Source of the DNA: Eledone cirrhosa
Lineage: Eukaryota
Length of the DNA stretch: 55,160 bases
NCBI GenBank assembly: GCA_964016885.1
Contig: CAXHJY010001353.1
Location: 1 to 55,160 of the forward strand
Direction: 5' to 3'
Shown here: in pieces, positions 11,926-25,200 of the stretch
Layout of the letters: each line of letters starts with the position of its first letter
Numbering within the stretch: position 1 is the stretch's first letter
Notes under the pieces: generated by a model
What the model was told of the DNA's origin: nothing
Seen by the model: the letters and a program-made list of their open reading frames with translations, nothing else
Databases searched by the model: none
Program-made: the position numbers and the translations under genes

Positions 11926-14220
11926 AGAGGCTTCCAAAATATTCAATACTTGTGACAAGTAAAGAATACATTAAACCAGATGAAAGTGATGACGACGATG
12001 ATGATGATGATTTGTTTGTGCATGTATGTATAAATTTATATATTGTGTGAATGAGTTGGGCTGCAAATTTGTAGGTGTTAAGAGTTGGATTAAATGTCTT
12101 GCAGTATTTATTTTACTTCTGAACATTCTGAGTTCAAATCTCGCCATGGTCAAATTAGCCTTTCATCTTTCAGGTTTATAAAGTCCTAGTTCAGGGTAGT
12201 AGATTTGTGGAATTGTTCATGTTGGGCATGATGCCTAGCAATACTCTTCCAGACCTTTTCCTTTCTCTTGAACAGTGTTACTGTTGGTTTTCTACAAAAA
12301 CCTTGCCTAGGCCTGCACTTTGAAGAGGAACTTTCCTGTTCCAAAACCATGATTTCACAAGACATACTGAAGGTCTATATTTCTCTTTAATAACTAAGAC
12401 ACCATTGTAAATTTTTAATATCTATTCTTCTGATATTCACATACAATTTGCTGTTTCTTCTTTGTTGTACCTCAACAGTACAAACTAACCAATCAATCCA
12501 TTAAATTCACATCATAATTATCAAAAACCTGTCAGAGACGGACAGGAAAAACTCAATGTGGCTAAAGTCAAAGAGGAATGACTACTGGAACTAAGTTAAG
12601 ATAAATCAAGTCACAAACATTGATTGCTGTTTAAACAGATGTGAAGTGTTAGTTCTACTGATGGTCTTTGTGGTGAAGTGGTATAAACCACAGGAATTGG
12701 AAACAAGATCACCTGCTAGAAGAGATCAAAACAGTAGGACACCTAGGAGTCATTACCTAGGTGGGCCTTCTCCCTTAAGAGTTTTAGGAGGAATCAAGGG
12801 CCAAAACACTTGCTTGATGGAGTTCTTCTGAAGATCCTCTTGCTGTCCTTTTGTGATCATATTTCTTATGATATAGAGTATTTGAATTAATTAACAAAGA
12901 ATTTGGAATGATTTACTAAAATTATTATTTCATTAAGATGTTATTTGTAAGGGTTCTTATATAAGATTGTGTTGGAAAGTTTTAATGTTTTGTTTCATAG
13001 CAAGAGCTAGTTTTGAGTGGGTTGGTATCAAAAGGTTGATGAAAGAAGAAAGTAAAGATCATGAGTGACAAAAATGTTGATACACATTCTTATTTTTGCA
13101 TGAGTTGGTCTCTGGTTGTTGTTGTTGTTGTTGTTCACTACTGTGAGGTTCGTCAGAGAAGACTGCTCAACATATTCTGAGAGAAGGCCTGGATCTCCAT
13201 CCACCTGAGAATATGGACCTTCAGCCACCTGAAAATATAAACCTCACACACCTTAATCCCACTACCGTGAGCTGGTTACAACACTTGGGGGGACATCACA
13301 TAATCACAGCTGTCTCATATACAAGAAGTGTTTTTGCTTAAGAACACAACACATTGCTCAGAATCAAACTCATGATTGTGAGTCTAACACTCAAACCACT
13401 TGACAACATTCCTTCACTACTTCATTTGTAAGTGAAGGAAAATGAAGAAATTGTAGAGACAAAGAAAAGTAAAATGACTGTGAAACACTTTGTTTGAAAA
13501 AAAAAAGAAAACTGCAAGCTCTGTAGAACAACCTATAGGAAAGTGCTTTGACAGGATAGAATGGCTATGGAGATAGTGGGGGGGGGGGGACAGGTGAGGA
13601 TGAGAGAGAGAGCAAGAGTGGGGGGGGTGAGATGTAGAGATAGGGAGGTTGATAGATAGAGAGCAAGCATGTGGTGGAGGGGGGTGCGATGTAGAGGGAG
13701 AGAGCAAGAGTGAGGGGAGGGGGGGGGGGGGGGTGTAGAGAGATAGAGAGAAAGGGTGAGGAAGAGAGAAGTGGTGTTTATTGTTACAATCATTAAATGG
13801 TTTCATTGAACTGAAGACAGAATGCAACAACAACTCTGTACACTTCTCTTTTAACACCACAAAAGCTTCAGGTTTCTTAGCTGAATGTTCAACCTAGTTT
13901 GTTTCAACATTGAACAGTCTTGCTTTCTTGGACTGAAAAATGAAAAAACCCAATTGACTCACTACTTGCTCTACTTACTAATATCGTTATTGTTGCTATT
14001 GTTTTTGTTGTTGTTATTGGTATTGTTGTTTGATGTTGCTGTTGCTGCTGCTATTCTTGTTGTTGCTGTTATTATTTTGTTGTTCCATGATGTCTTGAAT
14101 TTTAGGTATCACACACAGGCACATACAGTCTTTAATGATATTATTTCTTTAATGTTGTGTGTGTGTGTGTATATATATATAGTGACAGTTTACTACTGCA
14201 CTGTCTAATCAGTAAAATAG

Positions 14221-14254
<34 letters not shown>

Positions 14255-14266
14255 ATATAATATATA

Positions 14267-14314
14267 GAAAGGCTTCTACAGGAGTACAACTGTTTCATTT
14301 GCGGGAAATCATCA
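14267..14314 (-). ncRNA. Truncated hammerhead fragment inside a (TA)n tract
   Basis: - strand reads UGAUGA-uuucccgcaaau-GAAA-caguugU-A-cucc. Stem III ACAGUUGU is self-complementary and the triplet is GUA. C3 and the 5' strand of stem I are replaced by (TA)n. Confidence 0.55.
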
Positions 14315-14357
14315 TATATATATATATATCATATGTATATATATATATATATATATA

Positions 14358-14400
<43 letters not shown>

Positions 14401-14850
14401 CAGAGCTAGGAAAGGGAAAATAAATGAAAGTAATAGATTTATTTTTAATTAATTTTGTTAATTTTCTTTAGTTTTCTTTTTTTTTTTTATTTCATTGTCT
14501 TAGCCTGACTAATCTTCTACTATTGTTATTAAGTAATTTTAAAAGCTTTGTGTCAGTGTGTGTACATTTGTGTCTGTGAATGTGTGTTTGTGTGTACGTG
14601 TTTGTAGATGCATGCAGATGTGTGTGATTGTGAATGTAGATGTGTCTTGATTCTTAATTTGCATATACACACCACTGCCACCGTCATTGTCATTACTTCA
14701 ATTACATGTATACCAATCACCATGTTACTAATTCGTTCTGTTAGTCAAGGTGAAATTTTGTAAAGAATCAATTTCTGTCAATCTCTCTTAAAATATATTC
14801 AACATCATCATCATCACCATGTCTACCATCATCATCATCATCACCACTGC

Positions 14851-15018
14851 CTTCGCCACCGCCACCATCTTCGTCACCACCGCCACCATCTTCGTCACCA
14901 CCGCCACCATCTTCGTCACCACCGCCACCATCTTCGTCACCACCGCCACCATCTTCGTCACCACCGCCACCATCTTCGTCACCACTGCCACCATCTTCGT
15001 CACCACTGCCACCATCTT
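14851..15018. repeat. 21-bp minisatellite (cttcgtcaccaccgccaccat) x ~8 within a CAC/CAT-rich tract
   Basis: Direct inspection. Confidence 0.93.
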
Positions 15019-16365
15019 TATCACCATGTCTACCATCATCACCACCATCATTGCTTTCGCCACCGTCATCACCATCACCACCACTGCCACCACATGGTTC
15101 TGCTCGGAGGTCGTATTATACACAGATGTAATTTCTTGCCATGTTTTTTTTATTTTAGTTTCAGAAACAGATGTCATATTATACTTGTATTATTATACAC
15201 AAAGAAATATAGTGTATATGTAGTATCTATAGTGAGATAGGATCTGGATGTCATGTGATTAAATGAACTATTGAGCCTTACAGACACATATAATCCTCAA
15301 CTATAGTCTTTCTTACTAGTGTTATTCTTATGATTACTAAACATCATTCTGGAGAATTAAGCTTACACTCAACAAGTTTTTAAATGTTTAACCCTTTCAT
15401 TACCATATTTATAATGAAATACACTGCATTTGAATTAATTAATGAAGATTATTGAGATATTTACTAAAAAACATCTCATTATTTTAACCTCGGCAGGATT
15501 TGAACCATTCTGAGTTCAAATCCTGTCGAGGTTAACTTTACCTTTCATCCTTACGGGGTCGATAAAATAAAGTACCAGTAATGCACTGGGTAATTGCTGG
15601 CCTTGTGCCAAAAGTAGAAACAATTATTTCATTATTAAGATAGTATTTTTTTCTCCCTTTATAAAAATCATTTTATTTCAAAATACTCGAATATATTTCT
15701 AGGATAAAATTACATAAAAATGAAAAATTTAATATTTAGTCAAACATATAGAAAAAGAAAGTATTATTGGAAAGGACTATAAATGAGAGGAAAAGAGGGA
15801 AGAGCAAGGATTATTAGACAATGAGAGAAAGGAAGGGGAAAGGGTGAAACTCTAAACCTAAGTCAGAGCAGCATTTTGGCTGTGTCCTGCAGACAAAATG
15901 GCAGGCATTTCCATAGACAATGGCCAATGACACTGCAACAGCCACCTTACATCACAGGGCTCCTTCCTCAGACAGGCTGCTGTCAAAGGTTCTTATGTCA
16001 AATTATGAATCTTTTAAAATAGATTGTTTTTGTTTTATAGAACCTGGGATGGTTTTTTGGACAGGTTGGTCTCAAAAGGGTTAAGGAGTTAAAATTAAAT
16101 TTTCATTTGCGAAACGAATAAGGTAGATGAAAGGGATTGATGAAAAATAGCATAGCATTGAAAAAAATACTTTGTAGTCTTTTTAAGTCACGTTGTGTGT
16201 TCAAATCTTACCAGGTTCGCTTTAACATTCATCCTTTCAAGATCGATAAAATAAATATTGGTGGAGGCAGTATTAGTTTAATCTACATTTGAAAAGGCAG
16301 TGTTCCAGCATGGCCACAGTCAAATGACTGAAACTAGTAAAAGAATTACAGAAGAATATCAACAC

Positions 16366-16745
16366 AGGTATGGCCATGTGGTTAAGGAGTTTGTTTTGCA
16401 ACCCCATGGTTTTGAATTCAGCCCCACTGTGTATCACCTTGGGAAAGTGCCTTCTATAACCCTTTAATGTTCAAACCGGCCAAAACCGGCCAGAATTTTC
16501 TACCTCTTCCTGTTGAAACTGGCTGTAACCGGTTGCTCAAACTGATGCTAAGTTATTGTTCTCAAAATAAATACTTTCAAAATCTCATAGATTCAATATT
16601 GAGATAATTATGCGAGGTAAAGCCTTTACCATGAAAATATATTAGTATATATAGAGTAATGTAAATGCTAAAGGGATAACTTCGGATTCACCAATACCTT
16701 GTGAGTGGAATCTAGTAGACAGAAACTGTGGAAGCCCATTGTGTG
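16366..16745 (+). mobile_element. tRNA-headed CORE-like SINE (third family)
   Basis: tggccatgtggttaagg..., accttgggaaagtg, and end ccttgtgagtggaatctagtagacagaaactg. Relatives occur at ~1095-1215, 3400-3540 -, 40550-40715 - and 47332-47480. Confidence 0.65.
16456..16679. mobile_element. piggyBac-like MITE, family 1, nested in a SINE
   Basis: ATAA-CCCTTTA...TAAAGGG-ATAA, with a 4-bp direct duplication. It splits the SINE at 16366-16745. Confidence 0.78.
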
Positions 16746-17081
16746 CGTCTTTGTTTACTGTTTGTCCCATTACTTAGCAGTTCGACAAATAGAGATCAAT
16801 AGAATAAATACTAGGCTTCAAAAAAATAATTACTTGGGTTGATATGATTGACTAATTTCCTTGAAGACAATGCCCCAGCATGGCCCTAGTTGAGTGACTG
16901 AAATAATTCCGAACTGAAAGCTTTAGTATACACCTTTCATGTTGGATAAGTGTTCAAGATGAAATTCTGTCAAGTTATCATCAAATATTTTTAATCTCTC
17001 TCTCAACTGCCAACTGAGACTTCAACCAAAAGATTAACTAGTTTTTGATAGCTAAAATTACAATCTTGGGAAATCTTTGTC

Positions 17082-17674
17082 TTAACCCTTTCTATACCAA
17101 ACTACCTGAAACGCTTTTTAACATTTACGTTTCTTGTATCATCTTCATCTATTTTTACTGTTTATGTGGGTTGGTTGGATCTGCAAACAAACATCTCTTT
17201 TATGTGTCTTTACTCTTTTGGTACTAAACCATTTGAAACTGCTCCTGGTTTTATGATACTAAGTTGTTTATTTTAAAAAGTTAATATTTATCTGAGTAAT
17301 TTCCATCATAATTTTATGTAAGAACTTTTAAGTTATATTCCAAACATCAGATTAACTTAACATTCTTTAAAGATTTAGCAGGAAATATCTAAATATGAGC
17401 TTGTTAATTCAAATATTTGTAGTATATTTACTAGCAGACAGAACATTGTGAAAATTTGTAGTAAAGGCTTTTATTTTTAATGTGATGGATGCAGCCATAG
17501 CGCTGTTTTATACTTTTCAAGAATATCTTGCTAAGGTGAGTTTTATTAACACTGAGTTAATAACGAGAAAGTCAGTTATATGACTAAATCCTTCCAAATT
17601 CTTTATTATTTTCAAAATTACTTGAAAATCATGGGTAGTGTCTTTCATCACAAATATAGTAATGAAAGGGTTAA
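17082..17674. mobile_element. piggyBac-like MITE, family 2 (~590 bp)
   Basis: TTAA-CCCTTTC...GAAAGGG-TTAA. Related decayed pieces occur near 3580-3720, 15390, 18293, 21075-21320, 42700-43253, 43850-44290 and 45821-46660. Confidence 0.62.
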
Positions 17675-19199
17675 ATTTACTGCTTTTGTTGTAAATTTGA
17701 CTAAGAAAGTTATCTATCAATTTTGTGGCAGCAAATTTGATTTAATATCATCTATCAATTCCTTTGTTCTTCTCATCCAACATTTGTTATATCCAATTCC
17801 ATTCCCTCATTATGAATTCTTTATTGAATCAGTTTAGCTTTCTCCTGAAAATGGTAATTTTGGGAAATCCCTTGAACACATGTGAGGTGTTAAGTGGCTG
17901 ACATGAAGCTGAGAGGCTGCTTGTTTTGTATCTTATCAGTACTGTATTGCCGTTTTCCGGGGAAACGCCTTCTCCATTCTGTCCGCCGGGGCTGTGGGTG
18001 GCCCCATCGCGTACCGTTGTAGTTGTTGTAGAAGAAACGGGAAGACAACGACTGGAAAGTTTGATTTTTTTTCTACTTTTATCATTTACTTCTGCACTGA
18101 AATATATATACATTATATACAATATGCAGAGAAAATTTACTTTGTGATACGGGGGATCAATTCTTTCTCTATCTCTTTCCCACATCCTTTCTATCACTCT
18201 CTCCTCTGGAGAAATGAGCCCCACCAAGGATATGCCACTATGATTCTATTAGGAGCTATGAGTCTCTACATACACTGTGTCAATAGAGGTGTTTAACCCT
18301 TTTGACCACCACCCCCTTCCTCACACCAGAAACAACCCCAGATTCTATGAGACTATTTTGAAATGTTTATATTTATCTAAAAATCTCCCATCATAATTTT
18401 TTGTTAGAACCTTTGTTAAATAGGTTATGGTAATGGTCATGATTGTTATGGTGGTAGCGGTGGTGTTGATGATGGTGGTTATACCTGCATAGGTGATTAT
18501 GATGGTGGGATTATTATGATGATGGTGATGATGATGGTTATGGTGGTGGTGGTGATGGTTATGGGGGTGGTGGTGATGATGGTTGTGGTGATGATGATGA
18601 TGATGATGGTGATGATGGTTATGGCGATGATAATGGTTATGGTGGTGTTGATGGTGATGATGATGTACATAGTTGACATTTGTAAGATCAGCTACTCCTC
18701 TCTAAGCTACAGATGTTTATACAATGGATTCACTACCAAATTGTCTGCAGAGAAAATAGAAAGAATAAAGTTGTAGTAGGCAGCAGTTTAATGTGTTTTT
18801 TATTTTTTATGGGCAATATCTAAGAGAGGGGTTGAGTATGTGTGAGAGAGAGAAAGTCTGCATCTGAAAGTGTGTCTGAGAGTGTGTGCGGCTGAGAGAG
18901 AGACAGAAAAAGTAGTGTTAGCTCACCTGTAGAACATCTTGTCAGAGATAAAAGGCTGTCAAGTTAATATAACACAGATAAGAACAACATAACAACTAGA
19001 ATCTTCTTAGAATCTGTCGAAATTAATAATAAGTCTATGCAAACAACAACAAAGTAGATAAAACTCAGAATAAGTTCAAAGAAAGGCACTGCCCAAAATG
19101 TCTGAGCTCACCTTTTCTATGACACATTGAACTTATTTTGTTTCATGTATGATATAAAACAGTTAAATTGTCTTAGTTATTCTCTAAATATGTTAAAAT

Positions 19200-20253
19200 A
19201 ATTGGCAGAATTGGTAGTGTTTGACAAAATGCTTAGAGGTATGTAGTACAGTACAGCACATTACATTCTGAGTTGAAATCCTTATGAGGTTAACTTTGCC
19301 TTTCAACTTTTCAGTGTTGAGAAAATAAGTACTAGTCAACTACTGAGGTTAATTTTATTGATTATCCTTTTTCCCTCCACAAAAAAAAAAATTTAATGGC
19401 CTTGTACCTATGTTAGAAATTGAGTTCAGATCTTGTTGAGGACAACTTTGTCTTTCATCTTTCCAAGATCAATAAAATAAAGTACCAGTAAAATACTGGA
19501 GTTGATTTAATTGACTAATACTCCTGCTAAATGTTTTACCATGAGCTTATGTTAGAGATGGTTGGTTCTTTACGTTCAGAGTTCAAATCCCACTAAGATC
19601 AACTTTACCACCAGACTTTCGAGGTCAATAAAATAAAGCATGTCAAGTACAGAAATTGATACAATCGACTATCCTCTCTCTTAAAATGTGCTGGCCTTGT
19701 GCCTAAATTAGAAATAATTATTTGGGAATAAGGATTGGAAAAATCGTAAGGACAAAATGCGTTGCAATAATTCATTATGGCTTTTTATGATCCAAGTTCC
19801 AATCCTGTCGTGGTTAACTTTTACAGTTCATCTTTCTGAGGTCAATAAAATAAAGTAGCAATCAAGTTCAATCCAATCCAGAGTTTTCTCACTCCTGTTG
19901 TAGGAACCTCTTCTTGGTTGATCTCCTACTTTTAGTTTAGTTTTGGTCATGTCAGGGGGTTAGTAAGGCTATTTAACCCATTGTTGGGGTGGATGGCTAT
20001 TGACTCTGAGGAGTTCATCCATCCTTTTAACAGCTTTTGTTTTTTGGTGCTGCTGGGTCTCCACGTACCATCCTCACTAAAATCAGGGTCTGGTGGGAGA
20101 GCTAGTTTAGTTATAGACCACTTGACCAGGTTGTAGTGGGTTACATAGTACCAGTAGTAGGCAGAAGCCTGACCTGACCAATCAAATACTGAGATTGATA
20201 TCATCAACTATCCCTTCCCCTAAAACTGCTGGCCTTGTGCTTAGATTAGAAAC
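19200..20253 (+). mobile_element. Head-to-tail cluster of four SINE copies (37692 family); the last is interrupted by an insertion
   Basis: gagttcaaatc..aactttg..aataaaataaagtac blocks recur at ~19270, 19421, 19578 and 19793. The last copy resumes at 20179. Confidence 0.75.
19866..20178 (-). mobile_element. 313-bp insertion, putative short non-autonomous LINE derivative
   Basis: Splits a SINE, is flanked by the direct repeat caatcaa (19859-19865, 20179-20185), and ends on the - strand in tggattggattgaac. Confidence 0.6.
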
Positions 20254-21544
20254 CTTTTTTTTATATTTTTCTTCTGAATATCTCTTATGAAACTGAAGAT
20301 ATGATGTCTTAGAAATGTTAAATATGTGCGGCATACTTCAGATGTTAATACAACAGAACTGCTAAAGTCTTTTCTTTGTACATTGTGATATTTTCAGATG
20401 TATCTGCACAATAACAGGCTGGTTATTGTTGCTAATTATTATCTTTTTCATTAGCATTGTTTCATTGTATTCTCATTTTGGCAGCCATAGAGAAGGAAAA
20501 AGAGAAAGAAGCCTTGCGAATGTTGATATTTTGACTTCATATATATATGTCCTTATCTCTTTGTCTCCCCTCCACTCCACAGAATTTCTGACAGTCAGAC
20601 TATTTTCTAACCTGTCTATAATTAGTCAAATCTGCTTAAGCTTCTCTTTGTTGTTGTTATTGGTGGTGGTCTTATTGTTGTTGGTGATGGTAGTCTTGTT
20701 AGTGGTGGTAGTTTTGGTGGTGGTGGTGTTTTAATGCTTAGATTTTTCAATCTAAGAAATGACTACATCATTTAAAATAATTAAATCAGGATAGTTGTAA
20801 AAAAAAAAGTTTTTATGGAATCTTTTTTTTTAATTTAAATTGTAAACAAATTTGTACTCGCTGCATCTACATGGGAATCAGTTGCAGCTTTTTCACACAA
20901 AAAAAATGCATGAAAAGCCGATATGTATCTTATCTCAAGACCAAGGTGCACCATAACCGTATTGTTAAAAGATATCTAAAAAGATTGATGCCAGGAAGGG
21001 CATCTAGCCATAAAATATTGTCTCAAAGGGACCATATGATCGGTATGAAGCCTATTATGAGGCTTGCGGGAAAAATTATCTTTGCCCATTTGATAGTGAA
21101 TCACCTAAAACTACCCCTGATTCTACAACAGAAAACTGTTAAAGTGCCTATATTTTTTCAAAAACTTTTCATAATTTTATGTAAGAACCTTGTCTCTCCT
21201 ATGGTCCAAACACCAGGTTAATGATGAGAAAATTAGTTATATTATAAAATCTCTTCAAATTTTTTATTTTGAAAATTATTTGGAAATCATGGGATGATGA
21301 AATATAATACAAGGATTAAAACTCTAGCAAGTAAAATAGGGATATGTTTTCAACATGGGTACTGTGTATACATAGGAATAAGTTGCGCCTTTTGACATCA
21401 AACCAGCATGTGAGTTATCCACTGGACTTACAAAACCTGTTTGAAATATATGGTATATTATAAATATATATAAAATGGAGATGTGATTTAGCAGCCAAAA
21501 TGGGGTTCCTCTGAAGGGTCTTTGGAGTAATGTTACCCAATAGT

Positions 21545-21855
21545 GCATAGCCTGGAGACCAGACAATTGCTCCAGATAGTCACTACTTCACAGCTCCAAT
21601 ACTATGGGCATGTGGCCAAAATGTCTCGGGGGGGGGGGGGGGGGGTCGCTGGACAGATTTTATGAGCTAAACCAACTAGCATAAAAGCTATGGGTAGATC
21701 CAAAAGAAGATGGTTGGATATCATCCATGAGCTCAGTTGGTCTCACTTGGGAATCCAGCTGGATCAATTGAAGATAGTTGCTTCTGACAGGATCTGCTGA
21801 GGACTCTTTCCCCTCCCCAAGATCCTCCCAGGAATAAGTAGGCTAAGAAAAAGAT
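21545..21855 (+). mobile_element. Old 3' fragment, same family as 3780
   Basis: Aligns by eye with 3800-4085 (ttttatgagc-aaaccaact, gtctcacttggga-tcca, gttgcttctgacagga). Confidence 0.7.
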
Positions 21856-22477
21856 ATACCATAATCTTTTACTAGTTACTTCTGTCTCACTTTCTCCCTA
21901 CCTCTATTCCTCATCCCTCTCTCTGTTGCTTTCTTTCTACCCATCACCCTTTCTCTGTCTGTGTTACTTTTTTCCTACCCGTCACTCCCTCTCTACATTA
22001 CTTTCTTCTTACCCGTCACCCTCTTCTCTGTTTCTCTTACTTCCTACTTCCTCCTTACTCCTCTCTCTCATATCAGAAAACATTTCACACTGGTTTTACC
22101 TAGCTTGCTGACATTAATTTGTCTGTTAGTCTGATTAACTAATTAGACATCACCACCACTACTCCTGCTACTATTACCACCATTACTATTGCTACTAACT
22201 CTATTACTACAACTATTAAAAGTAATTAATTGAAGGTTGAGTCACCCAGTCATACCACAGTGCCCTCTAGTGGTGCTTTTTTTTGCAAACTTAGCAAATT
22301 CCAGTTGACTTGATGACCTTTTGTTGTTTTTTATTCTGTTCTTCATTGTCTTTTAGGGTTTCCACCACTCACCATCACTGCTTCCTTCCCCAACTGTTCA
22401 TAGTGTGTGTGTTCATGTCTCATTCTGTTTCACAGCTGTCTACTCACAAGTCTGTTTATATATATTTATATATATAC

Positions 22478-22907
22478 ATATTAAGACAGGGGGGGGAATG
22501 GCTTCACTTGTGCTTTCAACAAATTTATTTTCTTCACAAAATCCAAAAAGAATTTTTTTCTGGATTAGAAAATAATTTTTATTTTTTTTATTTTTTTATA
22601 AATTGAGTCGTTGGTTGTTGGTTAGGTCTTAGGAGTTCTTGGTTAACGTAGGAGGTATTGTTTCGTTTTTAGAAAGACCTTTCACGCTGAGGTGCGCTTG
22701 TCAAACCGATGTGTATATGGTGTGTTGTTCTATATATAGGGATTTAACATGTTTGTAACCAACAACCAGCGACTCAATTTCTAAAAAAAATTTTTTTTTT
22801 TTAATTTTTTCTAATCCGGAAAAAAATTCTTTTTGGATTTTGTGAAGAAAATAAATTTGTTGAAAGCACAAGTGAAGCCATTCCCCCCCCCCCCCCTGTC
22901 TTAATAT
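22478..22907. mobile_element. Fold-back/MITE-like element with ~147-bp inverted arms and a 131-nt spacer
   Basis: Termini atattaagacagggg...cccctgtcttaatat. Arms 22478-22624 and 22756-22907 are reverse complements except in homopolymer runs. TSD is ambiguous (TA or TTAA). Confidence 0.85.
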
Positions 22908-22954
22908 ACCTAACTGTACCAAGGATTACACACATTTTCCAATATATATATATA

Positions 22955-23342
22955 TCATCATCATCACCGTTTTACGTCCGTTCTTCCACGCTAGCATGGG
23001 TTAGACGAGTTGTCCTGTTGTGGGTAGTGTCCGGTCGGCTGACCTTGTCTTGCTCATACAGGGACTGATTCTGGCTTGATTTCTACAGCTGGATGCCTTT
23101 CCTAACACCAACCTCATTTACAGCAAGTGCTGGGTGCTTTTTTGCCGTGGCGCCTCCACGACCACTTTACAGTGGAGTGATAGGGACCCCCAGTCCTATC
23201 ATCTCATTTATACAGCTGAGTAAACTGGAGGAATGTCAAATAAAGTGTCTTGCTCAAGGAAACAACACAATCACCTGGTCTGAGAATTGAACTCACAACC
23301 TTTCGATTGCAAGCACAATGCTCTAACCACTAAGCCATGCAC
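22955..23342 (-). mobile_element. Full-length tRNA-headed SINE with an RTE family-A-type 3' end
   Basis: - strand head gcatggcttagtggttagagc...gagttcaattc carries A/B boxes. It is followed by tccttgagcaagacacttt, an aggaaaggcatccagc block, the end cccatgctagcgtgg..ggacgtaaaac and (TGA)n. Confidence 0.88.
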
Positions 23343-23610
23343 CTATATATATATGTGTGTGTGTGTGTGTATATGTGTATATATTTTTGTATATGTGTGT
23401 ATAAATATGTATGTGTGTGTATATGTGTGTGTGTGTATATATATATATAATCAATGAAAAAAGAGTTAGTTGATTTGTGATCAACTCGTTCTTATAACAG
23501 ATGCGAAACACTCAACAGTATAAAATTATCCGGAGTAGTATTATTATAATAATAATAGTAATAAACGAAAGATATATATACTTTATATCATCTCTGGTGA
23601 CCACCAGGCA

Positions 23611-23624
23611 TATGTATGTATGTA

Positions 23625-23658
<34 letters not shown>

Positions 23659-23666
23659 CATACATA

Positions 23667-23697
<31 letters not shown>

Positions 23698-24864
23698 GTG
23701 TGTATGTGTGTGTGTATGTATGTGTGTGTATGTATGTATGTATGTGTATGTATGTATGTATGTATGTATATGTATGTGTATACATGTATGTGTATATGTA
23801 TGTGTATATGTATGTGTATACACATACATGTATATGTGTATATGTATGTATATATGTGTATACACATACATGTATATGTGTATATGTATGTATATATGTG
23901 TATACACATACGTGTATGTATGTATGTATATATATATATATGTGTATACACATACGTGTATGTATGTATGTATATATATATATATGTGTATACACATACG
24001 TGTATGTATGTATGTATGTATATATATATATGTGTATACACATACATGTGTATGTATGTATGTATGTATATATATATATATATATGTATATACATATATG
24101 TATGTATATATATATATATGTATATACATATATGTATATACATATATGTATGTATATATATATATATATATATGTATATACATATATGTATGTATGTATA
24201 TATATATATATATATATTTATTTATATATATATATATATGTATATACATATATGTATGTATGTATATATATATATATATATATATTTATTTATATATATA
24301 TATATATATGTATATACATATATGTATGTATGTATATATATATATATGTATGTATATACATACATATATGTATGTATATATATATATATGTATATATATG
24401 TATATACATACATATATGTATGTATATATATATATATATATATATGTATATACATATATGTATGTATGTATATATATATGTATATATATGTATATACATA
24501 TATGTATGTATGTATATATATATATGTATATGTATATATATGTATATATATGTATATATATATATATGTATATACATATATATATGTATGTATATATATA
24601 TATATGTATATGTATATACATATATATATGTATGTATATATATATATATATGTATATACATATATATATGTATGTATATATATATATATATATATGTATA
24701 TACATATATATATGTATGTATATATATATATATATATATATGTATATACATATATATATATATGTATATACATATATATATGTATGTATATATATATATA
24801 TATATATATGTATATACATATATGTATGTATGTATATATATATATATATATACATATATGTATG

Positions 24865-24895
<31 letters not shown>

Positions 24896-25156
24896 ATGTA
24901 TGTATATATATATATATATACATATATGTATGTATATATATATATATATATATACATATATGTATGTATGTATATATATATATATATATACATATATGTA
25001 TGTATATATATATATATATATACATGTATGTATGTATGTATATATATATATATATATACATATATGTATGTATATATATATATATATATACATATATGTA
25101 TGTATATATATATATACATATATGTATGTATGTATATATATATATATATATGTATA

Positions 25157-25200
<44 letters not shown>

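Noticed and set aside
14788-15223. Mucin-like or antifreeze-like repeat ORFs on both strands
   Set aside because: Product of a 21-bp minisatellite in a trinucleotide-rich tract, with no splice or homology support.
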